16,910 nucleotides of DNA from Geosiphon pyriformis uo1 (lineage: Eukaryota > Fungi > Glomeromycota): NCBI GenBank assembly GCA_016748015.1, contig JAAOMT010000657.1, positions 591,065 through 607,974 on the forward strand. The letters run 5' to 3'. A model generated the notes under the pieces. The model saw nothing but the letters and a program-made list of their open reading frames with translations. It was not told the DNA's origin and ran no database searches. This document shows positions 1 through 9,709 of the stretch, piece after piece. The position numbers were made by a program, and so were the translations under genes. Numbering within the stretch: the stretch's first letter is position 1; the number at the start of each line of letters is the position of its first letter.

Positions 1-2099
1 AACATTCATTGGTTGTCTAATGTTTTGAACTTTTTCAATTTTGGCTGGATCAGGGAAGATTCCATTTTTTGTAATAAGATGGCCAAAGAACTGGGTAGAT
101 TGACATCCAAAGAATGATTTAATTGGATTGATCTTGAGACCAACATTTCTAAGGAGGTCAAAAACCTTTTGCAAATGTTCAAGGTGTTCATCCCAGGTTT
201 TTGAGTATACCATTATGTCGTCCAAGTAGACTAGAACAAAGTTTTCTTTTACTGATTCAAATACTTTGTCCATTAAGCATTGAAAAGTGGAAGGAGCATT
301 TGTGAGACCAAAAGGCATAACTGTGAACTCGTAGGTACCATACTTGGTAATAAAGGCAGTTTTCTTTCTGCTTTCTGGATCCATCTTTACTTGCCAGAAT
401 CCAGCAGTTAAGTCAATGGTTAAGAAGAAAGTGGCACCATGGAATTGGTCTAGCATTGCATCAATCTTGGGAAGTGGGTACATGTCTCTTTCAGTAATGG
501 CATTTAATTGGTGATAGTCAACACAAAAGTGTAGAGTTCCTCCTTTCTTAGATACCACTACAACTGGGAATGCTCATTCACTCTTGGTTTTCTGTATGAA
601 TCCAAGAGTTTTTATTTGGGTTATTTCTTTTTTGATAAACTCATCATTGTGCCGGTTGGATTGATAAGGCTTTAAATGGATGGGGCGAGTTTCTCTGATG
701 ATGATGGTGTGTTGTATCACATGTGTACGTCCAGGAGGTTCACCTTCTTTTGAGATAACTGGGCTGTTTCTAGCCAGCAGGTTTTCAATGTCTACTTTTC
801 TTTCTTCTGGAGAGGGTTCTCTTTGTTTTACAACCAGTAATTGGATTTCAGGTGATTCGTTTTCAAAGGACTTTTGGACTTCTTTTATTTCCTCTCGGGG
901 TATCAAGCTGATTGGTTCCCAATCTTTGTAATAGATCAGGCAGGACATGCATTTATCACTAGGAGAATACAATGGTTTGTCGCACCAGTACCGGGCACAA
1001 GGACCATGCCACCAATAACTGTATTTGGCTTTCTGTCAAAGGTTCTTTTGAGCATGTCATAATAAGGCCAGCAGATCAGCTTGCCATTGACAATGATTTC
1101 TTCTTTATCTGCCTTGACATTATCCAGTGGTTTGCCATTGCTAGTGAAGATGGTATAGGCGAGTTCAGCAGTTTCTTCTTGTTCTTTTTGTTCTTCTTCT
1201 TCCTCACTTTCTTCATCATCTGATTCATCTGATTCATTTTTTTCTGGGCTCTGCTTGGGTACTAGGGGAGTTGTCCAATGGTGACACTTAACCACAATGG
1301 GTTTCTCACCACATCTGATGGTTAGTTCACAGAGTTCATAATCAAGCAAAGCCTTTGCTTTCTTGAGCCATTCATTGCCAACAATAATGGTGTATTCTTT
1401 TGCTTTAGACACTTCCATATCAGTTTTAATGCTGATGCCATTGATGCGGACAGAAATAGCTTTGGCTATGCCAAGCCCTTTTTTTTTATCACTATGTATA
1501 TTGGTCATTGGTCGTGTGGATGGTTCATCAATTTTTCTGCCAATTGCTTCAAGAAAGTGTTTGGCAATAACACTAACAGATGATCCACTGTCTAGGATCA
1601 AATCGATGAAATAGCCAGCCACTTGGGCTTTACAAATTAGAGGAGTGACATTGCTATTGTCAGCAAGTCCAGCTTGGTGAGGGCATTTGTTGGTTTTGGG
1701 TGTCTTTTTCTTTGGAATCAGGGATTTGTGAAGATCTTTTCTGAATTGTGGATGGGTCATTAATTGGCCAAAGGTTATATGTGCTTGAGTTTCCATAAGG
1801 TCTTTGACAACAGAATAGAGACCGGATTTTTGTATTATTTCTGGGGATTCCAACTTTGGAGGGTTCTTGAAAACTTTGGCTTTTGGAGGCTCATTGTTGT
1901 CAGCAGTTGATGTAGAAGCTTTATTGGGGTCTAGAATGAAATCAACTTTGGCTTTCTTCTTCTTTCTTGTGGATTCAGAGGGGTTGATTGCTAATTCATC
2001 TATGTCATGGTCATCATTAGTTAAGTTAAAAGCGAAAAAGAGGTTTTCTTCTGGTTGGCTTGCACTCTCACCCTTTGGAGGTGCGTCTATTAGTTTAAA
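1..2099 (-). pseudogene. pol: pol of element 1: aspartic protease, linker and reverse transcriptase (truncated by the window edge)
   Basis: LILDSGSS (DSG 1584-1592) and IIVGNEWL protease motifs. Frameshift near 1027 and TGA at 574-576 (W position). An open RT frame 573->1, absent from the ORF track, reads FCVDYHQLN..YPLPKID..DLTAGFWQV..MPFGLTNAPSTFQ..VYLDD (217-228). Confidence 0.95.
2062..2099 (-). promoter_or_regulatory. -1 programmed ribosomal frameshift signal at the gag-pol junction
   Basis: U UUA AAC heptamer (2093-2099) in the gag frame, immediately followed by the gag stop. After an 8-nt spacer comes the hairpin GCACCUC/GAG(A)GUGC (2062-2084). The -1 frame is the protease frame. Confidence 0.85.
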
Positions 2100-3970
2100 G
2101 GCTGATAAACAGTGGCTTCAACTAGGGGATTCTCTCCAAAGAAATTGATGTTGGCATGATTGGGTCTTTGGTTGGGCACATTGTTGTTGTTGATTCTGTT
2201 GTTCTGAGCATCATTGTTTCTGGGGACTGATGGAGGCAGTGGAGGATTGTTGCAATCTCTTGAAAAGTGTCCAGTTAATCCACAGCAATAGCATACAGGT
2301 GGGCCACAATTTTGTTGTCTTTGATAAGGTGGTTGCTGAGGCTGATTGAAGCATGATTCAAATCTGGGTCTTTGTGGTTGCTGATTTTCTCTGACTGCTT
2401 GGGCTAAGAGTTCTAATAACCGAGCAAGATTTGCTGTGAGTCTGTCTATTAACTGTTCATTTGGATCTTAAGTGTGAGTGGCAAAAGAAGTAGCAGCCAT
2501 TTGAGGGGCAGGAGCTATGACAGGAACAGGAGCAAAAACTAGTAGTGTGGATCCCAAGTGCATCCTTTGGTTGTCTTCAATTCTTTGTGCTAATTCAATG
2601 GCCATATCCATGGTGGGATTATTTTTTAGGGCCAGGAGGGGCCAAAAAGCATACAATAGATCAGTTCTCAATCCTTTCATGAAGGAGTGAATTTTCTGCT
2701 CTTCTGTCCAATTTCTTCCAATGTCTATTCGTTTGATTAACTTTCTGATTGCTTTGGCATACTCGGTTACAACTTCACCGGGATCTTGGGTTCTTCTTTC
2801 CAATTCCATATGCCATTTTGATATTAATATTGGAGTTCTGAACTTGTTTTCAAACCGGGTAGTGAAAGAAGTGTTAATTTCTCCCACATTTGCTGGTGTC
2901 TATCTAATGATTCTTTGCTGAGTATTGGCATCTGTTTCTTGTGAGAACCAGATAGCAGGGGATTTTTGAAGGTAGCCATTGACAATTTGGAACTTGTACT
3001 CATCATCATATTGATTGGCTGTAGCAGCTCTTTCAAAGTCATCTAACTATTCAATTGGATCTTGTGTATCACCTTTAAATAATGGTATTGGGGTGTTGTT
3101 TCTTCGCCCTAGAGCAGTTTGTATACCTTGGAGGGCGGCCAGAATGTTTGCTTGCATGGGGTCATTAGCCATTGGTTCAGAGGTAACTGTTTGTGTAGAC
3201 GAGTCTGATTCGCTTGATAAAAGATCAAAAACAGAGGCAGTTTGGTAGTTTTCTTCTTCTGTTTCAAAGGGAGTTTCAGTTGCTTGATGGGCAGCAATCT
3301 AAATGTGGATTTAATGATTCAGATATTCGAAATCAGGGGGCTGTTGTTCAAAGGTTGCAGAATATAAGAGCTGATTGATACTGTTGTTTCTTTCTTCAAA
3401 ATTGTTTTCAAAATAAGCTTGGTCANNNNNNNNNNNNNNNNNNNNAGTTTGTATACCTTGGAGGGCGGCCAGAATGTTTGCTTGCATGGGGTCATTAGCC
3501 ATTGGTTCAGAGGTAACTGTTTGTGTAGACGAGTCTGATTCGCTTGATAAAAGATCAAAAACAGAGGCAGTTTGGTAGTTTTCTTCTTCTGTTTCAAAGG
3601 GAGTTTCAGTTGCTTGATGGGCAGCAATCTAAATGTGGATTTAATGATTCAGATATTCGAAATCAGGGGGCTGTTGTTCAAAGGTTGCAGAATATAAGAG
3701 CTGATTGATACTGTTGTTTCTTTCTTCAAAATTGTTTTCAAAATAAGCTTGGTCAAAGTAATAGGTTGTATAAGCCGTGTAGGTTTCAGCTGAATGCTCG
3801 TTCAAGAACCAGTTCCAAAAGTCTTAGAATTGTCTACTGAATTGTTCTTCAAAGGGGAAGCAGATCAAGCAGGAGGGCAGAGGATTAAGTTCAATGAAAC
3901 TTTGGTTGTTTCTGTTGTGTGCTGCAAAGTGTTCTTCTGATTGCTGTGGCAAATATGAGTAATTACCCAT
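2090..3970 (-). pseudogene. gag: gag of element 1 with in-frame stops
   Basis: One reading frame from ATG 3970 to TAA 2090-2092 (the 330-bp duplication plus gap keeps frame). Capsid-like motifs PLFKGDTQDPIE*LDDFE and Q..GEVVTEY..F.KGL; zinc knuckle CYCCGLTGHFSRDC at 2252-2293. Internal stops lie at plausible Q/W codons. Confidence 0.9.
3116..3755. repeat. Identical 310-bp direct repeat (3116-3425 and 3446-3755) flanking a 20-N gap; likely unmerged contig overlap
   Basis: The copies read identically and abut the N run (3426-3445) exactly. Confidence 0.9.
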
Positions 3971-3999
3971 ACAATGAGGGAATAAGTGAATTTTGACAA

Positions 4000-4016
4000 C
4001 CTTACAGGGAGCACCA
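4000..4016 (-). other. Primer-binding site TGGTGCTCCCTGTAAGG
   Basis: Starts with TGG 6 nt inside the LTR end. Complement ...GGAGCACCA resembles the 3' ends of tRNA-Ile(UAU) or elongator tRNA-Met; the isoacceptor is not resolved. Confidence 0.75.
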
Positions 4017-4523
4017 CTTTTATGTTATGGGTTGGAGTAACAAGCTAACGGATAGCAAGAGAGAACAGTATTGTATAGTGATAGAAATAAACAAAGAAGA
4101 AATTACAATAAGGGAGCGAATTGAATAAGTAGGAATTCAATATGCGTGATCAGTCTTATAAAAATCACAGTCGCTAATCTTTTCTTAAATCTAAAGGTAG
4201 AGAAATAGTCCATGATTGTCAACAAGATAACACCGCTGCTATTATTCTATGCCTCAATTCAGCAATTCTTAGAATCAATAACAGGTATTATTGTGCTTTT
4301 TAATCATTTCTTTATTCAATGAATTACAAGAGCAAGCCAATTGCTTCTCAGGCTAATTCTAACAAATACAAATCAAGAAGGGGAAAAGATAAGGTATGTG
4401 AATGCCAACAAGTAGATACTTGAAGGTAAAGGGAAGGGGAATAAGCGATTATGAAAGGAAGTAATTAATATTGTTTATTTTGTTACTTTGATCATGTCTT
4501 TCTACAGCTAAGGGAATCATCAC

Positions 4524-4530
4524 TTATATA
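4524..4530 (-). promoter_or_regulatory. Putative LTR TATA box (TATATAA)
   Basis: Lies on the element's sense strand just downstream of the U3 tandem array. Confidence 0.55.
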
Positions 4531-4550
4531 GCTATCTAAAGTGATCAACA

Positions 4551-4658
4551 ATCAGGTCAATGATCAGGTCAATGATCAGGTCATTGATCAGGTCAACGAT
4601 CAAGTCAATGATTAGGTCAACGGTCAGGTCAATGGTCAGGTCATTAATCAGGTCAACA
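4551..4658. repeat. 9 x 12-bp tandem repeat (ATCAGGTCAATG) in LTR U3
   Basis: Units read directly in register from 4551. Confidence 0.95.
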
Positions 4659-4749
4659 ATCACTATCTAAAAATAGGGTGGCTAATTATATAACATCAGT
4701 GGCTAATACATGTGATAATTAATAAAAACTATGTGTTTCAACCATAACA

Positions 4750-6560
4750 ATATCAATACTACTAATAACTTTCTGGTGGACATAGTTTGTATTCTTCTTA
4801 ATTGCAATTTGTCCCTAAGTGGTTCTTTGGCCAGTTTTTTTCAGTTTCATAATGGAGTGTCCATGTTTGTTATTTTGTGTGAGTTAAGATTCTACAAGTT
4901 CCTCCCTTTTCTCTGGTGGTATGATATTGCTTTTGTGGAACAGCTTTATAATCATCATGATACTGTCTTTGACTGATACATCTTCAAGTGTTGAAAAAGA
5001 TTAGATCCTCATGGCTATGTTTTTAAGCAGTTCAAGCTTTCTACTACATTTCTCACTGGTTTACTCTCTTTTCCTACTTTTTCCATGGTTTTAAGTAATA
5101 TTGGCCTATTGAACATTTTTGATTCTAGTGATTATATGTCTGTTTGTGAGCATTTTTCTTGAATTGGTATTGGTAGTTTGTCTGTATATATAAAAGGATC
5201 TCTAAAGAGTTTGGGCACAGTCGACTATAAGGCTGGCACTACTGCTTATTTCAAAGACATTAATTTGGGTTTGGATGTTGGTGTGTTAGGATTGATGTCA
5301 TCTACTTTGGCTGAAATGCAAGCTATTGCATTGGCCTTGGAGTGTATTCCTTTGTCTAGCTCTGTTTACCTGTACTTAGATAGTCAGTCTGTGTTAGATG
5401 CTTGTAGGTTAAAATTGGGTCTGGTTTGTCCTGATTTTTGTAATCAGTGTTGGATTGAATATTGGTATGTTATTAATATTATTTGTAATAAGAATTTGAA
5501 AGTTAGTTGGCACAAGGTGAAGGGTTACTCTGGCCAGTTTTTTTCTCCTTGCTTAAGTAAATGTTTCTTGATGACTGATGGTAATATTGTTTCTGGCAAT
5601 TCTCGACACTTTGTTTATAATGTTTTTTGTTCTATTTGTCATGCATATTGAAAAGTTAGGTTCTGGCTCTAAGTTTTTGACAAGTAGTTTGCTTTCTGAG
5701 GTTGATTGGCTCTGCTCTTTATTGGTATAGCATTCTGATTTGCACATGGCCACTGGTTTTATTAGTAGGTCTTCAGTTAATATATGTACTTATTTCATAA
5801 AGGCTTTGTATCATCATCTGTCTGTAGCTATTTGGAAGCACTTCTATAATAAATTCTATTCTAGTGTTTTGTGCTTATATTGCAGTAATGTAAAAATATC
5901 AGATTATGTGTTTTTTTGTAAGATTAATAATCCTGCTTAGTGTTGGTTATTGGACTCCCATGTAAATTCTTGAAAGTTGCTTTCTGGTTTTTCCCATTTT
6001 TTTTTAAGTGTGTTGTAGTTGTTGTCACCCTGTGTCTCTGGTTCCTCTGTGTTTATGGCTTTTTATAAGGGCTTTGTCTTTAATAGTTGGTTTTGCGAGG
6101 CTGTGTCCATCTTCTATGATCTCAAGATTGCTAGTCTAGAAGTTGTTAAATTTGTGCACTTTCTTAGTCTTGCTTTTAAGGAGAATATCTGGTTGGTTTA
6201 CACTAAGTATTGTGCTTATATGGAGAGAAATAGGTTGATTTTTTTTAACAGTTCAGCTCCTATTTCAGTTTTTGGTTTGGCTTTGGGACTTTCTGCTGGT
6301 GTGGTTAAATTACTTGGTATTAATGAGGCTTTTGACATATGTTTTGGCTTTTGTCAGTCAGATTTTTTTTTTTCTGGCATAGATAATCCAGTTTCAGTTC
6401 ATATAGCTGTATAGTGTTGTTCTGATTGGTCTGAATAACTGGTTACATATAGAAAATACATAATTCATATTTAGTATAGATTATTTCTTTGATATATAAA
6501 ACTAGGCTGTGTTTAGATCTTACTCGTTAAGCAATAAAAAATATATATATATATATATAT
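4750..6560 (+). mobile_element. 3' part of a degenerate non-LTR (LINE-like) retrotransposon encoding RNase H and a C-terminal zinc finger
   Basis: RNase H motifs VYIKGS (~YTDGS), AEMQAIALAL, YLDSQ and WHKVKGYSG at ~5178-5533. CLYCSNVKISDYVFFC near 5870-5920 is a decayed CCHC. ORF stop at 6414, AATAAA at 6533, then a short A run and (AT)10. Confidence 0.8.
6541..6560. repeat. (AT)10 microsatellite at the LINE 3' junction
   Basis: Read directly. Confidence 0.9.
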
Positions 6561-6729
6561 TAAAAACATTATAGTAATACTCTAAAATAAAACCAAAAAT
6601 TTTTTTAAGATTAAACATATTAAAAAAATTGTTCAAACTATCTATTTATTTTTAATCAACATTTTAGATCTGCAATAAATTTAAAATTAGACAAAAATAA
6701 AAAAAACTTAAGATTTTAAATTAATTAGA
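6556..6729 (+). pseudogene. dUTPase C-terminal half (end of motif 3, motifs 4 and 5)
   Basis: One frame: YIKNIIVIL*N (~Y.G.I.V.L.N), then KKIVQ at 6622-6636 (~EKIAQ). AAA AAA ACT TAA GAT TTT AAA TTA ATT AGA at 6700-6729 reverts by transitions alone to RGTQGFGSTG. Confidence 0.75.
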
Positions 6730-7389
6730 TGATTTATAATTCCAGTAAATATAGCTTTTAATATACAAAATAAAACTTATCAGATTTTTAAATTATCTAA
6801 AACAATTATTATTTTATCTTTTAAAAAAATTTGTAAAGTATATATTTGTTTAATACTAATTATCATCTGATAAAATTTTGAATTCAATGAATAATTTACA
6901 AAAAATATGGAATTTCAATTCTAAATATTTATTTATTAAAAAAAATCAAAAAATTCAATATTATATTTTATAATTTTTAAAATTACTTTATTATCTTAAA
7001 TAATTAGTTAGAAATTAAAATTATTTACAGTAATATTTTTCAATAAAAATTATTACAAAAAGTTGTAAATTTTACAGAAATAATAAAATATTCTCTTTTG
7101 AAATTTAATTTAATTTTTATTACTAAAAACTATTATGTTATTATTAAAAAACTAGTTTAAATTAACATAAAACAATTAAAACCATAACAATAAAAGCAAC
7201 TCAAAGAACTAATTATTAAATACACAAATATATTTACCAAAAACAACAATAATTTAGAAAAAAACTAATTTAGTTTAGCATTAAATTTACACTGGAAATA
7301 CAAAACCAAAATACTAATAAGCTTATTGAATCTTACTTAAAAGTTATTAATTTATTCGAAAAAAAGTTTAATATATGTTTAATAATAAA

Positions 7390-8100
7390 CTTATTTAACT
7401 ATTAATAAGTTTTTGGACTTTATTAATAATTTTTGTTAAGAAAAAAAATAGATAAATTTATTTTTGTGTTGATTATTACCAATTAAACAGTTTTACAATT
7501 AAAAATACTTATTTTTTACTATAAATTAATAATATGTTAGATGTTTTTGGCAATTCTAAATATTTTTTAACCTTAGACTTAGAAAATAAATACTAAAAAG
7601 TTATTATGAATTTTAAAGATTATCCAAAAACAGTTTTTATAATTTAAAAAAGAAATTATGAATTTAACACAATATTTTTTAGATTATACAATATATTAAC
7701 AATAGTCTAAAAACTTATAAATATTGTTTATATTAGATTTTTATAACAATTAATAGTTGTTTATCTTAAAAATACTAATGTCTATTTACTATTATTTAAA
7801 GTTTATTTAATTTACTTGTAAGAAGTTTTTTAATAATTATAAAAAGCAAAATTAAAGTTAAATATTGAAAAATATTATTTTAAAAAAACAAGTTTGGTCT
7901 TTTTAAAACACATTTTTAGTAAAAAAAAAAATTCAAATTTGATTTAAAAAAAATCAATATTGTCAAAAATTTTAAGATTTCTCAAAATATTACCAAATTA
8001 AAAAATTTATAGAATTAATATTTTATTATCAAAAATTTATCAAAAGATTTTTAGAAATTGTTAAATTTTTTAACTATTTAATTAACAAAAATATTAAATA
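7390..8100 (+). pseudogene. Reverse transcriptase relic of element 2
   Basis: FCVDYYQLN (7462-7488), KNTYFLL*INNMLD (~KDAYPLPRIDDMLD), YFLTLDL, KTVFI, YEFNTIFFRLYN (~YEFNTMPFGLCN), and VYLKN with YLKN at 7762-7773 (~YLDD), in one frame. Confidence 0.92.
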
Positions 8101-8149
8101 CAAATAAACTTTAAAGCAATAAAAAGTTTTTAATATATTCAAAAAAAAA

Positions 8150-8560
8150 CTAATAATAGCTCCAATATTAGCTTATTTTAACTTTAACAAAAAATTTCAA
8201 CTAACTATAAATGCTTTATATATAGCTTTTAGTATTATTTTATTATAATTAAATAATAATAACAATAAATAAGTAATTGTTTATGCCAATAAAACATTAA
8301 AGCCAGCAAAAAAAAACTATTTTGCTATTAAATTAGAAACAACAGCAATAATTTGGGTTTTTTATCATTTTATTTTATATTTCAAACTCAAAAAATTTAA
8401 TAATATTATTATTAATATTATATTTTAAAGGCTATAAAACAAAAGCTCCAAATTAAATACCAAACAAATTTATTAAAATGGATTTTTTGCAAATTATAAA
8501 TATATTGTATATTATAAACCAAAAAAATTACACATAAATATTAATTTTTTCTTCAAAATA
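8150..8560 (+). pseudogene. RNase H relic of element 2
   Basis: APILAYFNFNKKFQLTINAL (~APILAYPDF...F.LTTDAS) and VIVYANKTLKPAKKNYFAIKLE (~VIAYASKTL.PAEKNYS..ELE). Confidence 0.9.
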
Positions 8561-8829
8561 AGACAAGATTAAAAATTACAACTACTATTTAATCTAATTA
8601 ATAGTAATAAACAACAAACAATAAATATTAAATCCAAAAACCACAATAATCTTAAATAATACTTAAAAATATTTACAATATCAAAAACTTAATCTTTTGG
8701 TAAAAAACATTAATTACAAAATCAGACAAAACAATACTTTTTATATAATAACATAATCTATTATTAAAATTACAAAAACCCAAACAATTTACTTAAAGTA
8801 ATTCAAAAACACAAAATAAAAACAATTTT

Positions 8830-9620
8830 ATATAATATGTACTTAGATTTTTTATTAACATACTTTAAAAAAGATAAGACAATTTAAAAACACAAATATT
8901 ATTTTTGGTTTTAAATAAAAAAACTATTTACCAATATATTGAATCTTATAATAGTTTAAAAAAAAAATACATTTTATAAAACTCTTAAATTTTATTAAAA
9001 TTGAACAGTTTTTTGATTAAGTTAGTATTAATTTAGTCAGATTACTATTTATTACAACTCAAAAAAACCAATATATTGTAATTATAATAGATTATCTTAT
9101 AAAATAGTTTAAAACAAGAACAATTTAATAAGCAGATAAAAATTAGTTGTAAATTTTATTTATAAAAATATTATTTATAGTATAAATTTTTAATAAAACT
9201 TTTATCTAATTAAAAAATATATTTGGTAAACAATCTAATATAAAAAATTTGTAAATGATTTAATGTTAAGAAATTTTCATTTTTATTCTATTATTTATAA
9301 ACAAATAAACTTATAGAACATTTTAACAGAACATTATATAAATTATTAGCTAAAATCTGTTAAGATTTTAAACAAAAATGAAATCTTTTTATTTTATTAG
9401 TGTTATTAACATATAAAACACTAAAACAAATTTAAAGTTAAAAACAAAGTTTTTTTATATAAAACTAAAATTAAAAAACAATAAAGTAAAAAATTTGATC
9501 ACAAATAAGATAGACTATTTTAGATACACAAAATTTTAAGAAATAAATTATACAAATTAAAACTTAATAATTAAGTTTTAAAGAACGTTATACATAGTAA
9601 CAAACTTAAATACTATTATT
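8830..9620 (+). pseudogene. Integrase relic of element 2 with GPF module
   Basis: VSINLVRLL (~VGIDLVGPL, 9021), DYLIK*FK (~DYLTKWPE), LLSN*K (~LLSDQG), TNKLIEHFNRTL (~TNGLIE.FNRTL), and K*DRLF (~KWDGPF, 9512-9520). An internal deletion falls near 9420. Confidence 0.9.
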
Positions 9621-9709
9621 TTAAAATCAATTTTAAACTTTTAATTTTACAAATTAGTACACAATTCTTTTTAATTAACTCTAAAAATATTTTTTAAAAC
9701 TTAAAACCA

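Larger units (their letters stand above)
1..4749 (-). mobile_element. Ty3/Gypsy LTR retrotransposon (element 1), 5' half; continues beyond the left edge of the window
   Basis: Minus-strand order LTR-PBS-gag(CCHC)-protease(DSG)-RT(YLDD); PR followed by RT is the Ty3/Gypsy order. Confidence 0.95.
4023..4749 (-). repeat. 5' LTR of element 1 (727 bp)
   Basis: Terminal inverted repeats TGTTATGG...CCATAACA, adjacent PBS, and boundaries corroborated by the homologous relic at 13290-13988. Confidence 0.88.

Noticed and set aside
2073-2110. 38-nt GT..CTAAT..AG intron that would fuse gag and pol
   Set aside because: Very short, and better explained by the canonical slippery heptamer, stop and hairpin. 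Not formally excluded.
680-3248. Plus-strand ORFs (680, 874, 972, 1363, 1867, 2721, 3015) and off-frame minus-strand ORFs
   Set aside because: Shadows of gag-pol with no independent motifs.
4551-4658. CRISPR array or nuclear-receptor (AGGTCA) response element
   Set aside because: No spacers and no cas genes. The context looks fungal and nuclear receptors are metazoan, so the match is likely coincidental.
4689-4695. TATAACA as the LTR end
   Set aside because: Homology with the relic LTR continues to 4749, where a better 8-bp inverted terminus (CCATAACA) lies.
5553-5753. 66-aa minus-strand ORF
   Set aside because: Antisense shadow of the LINE ORF.
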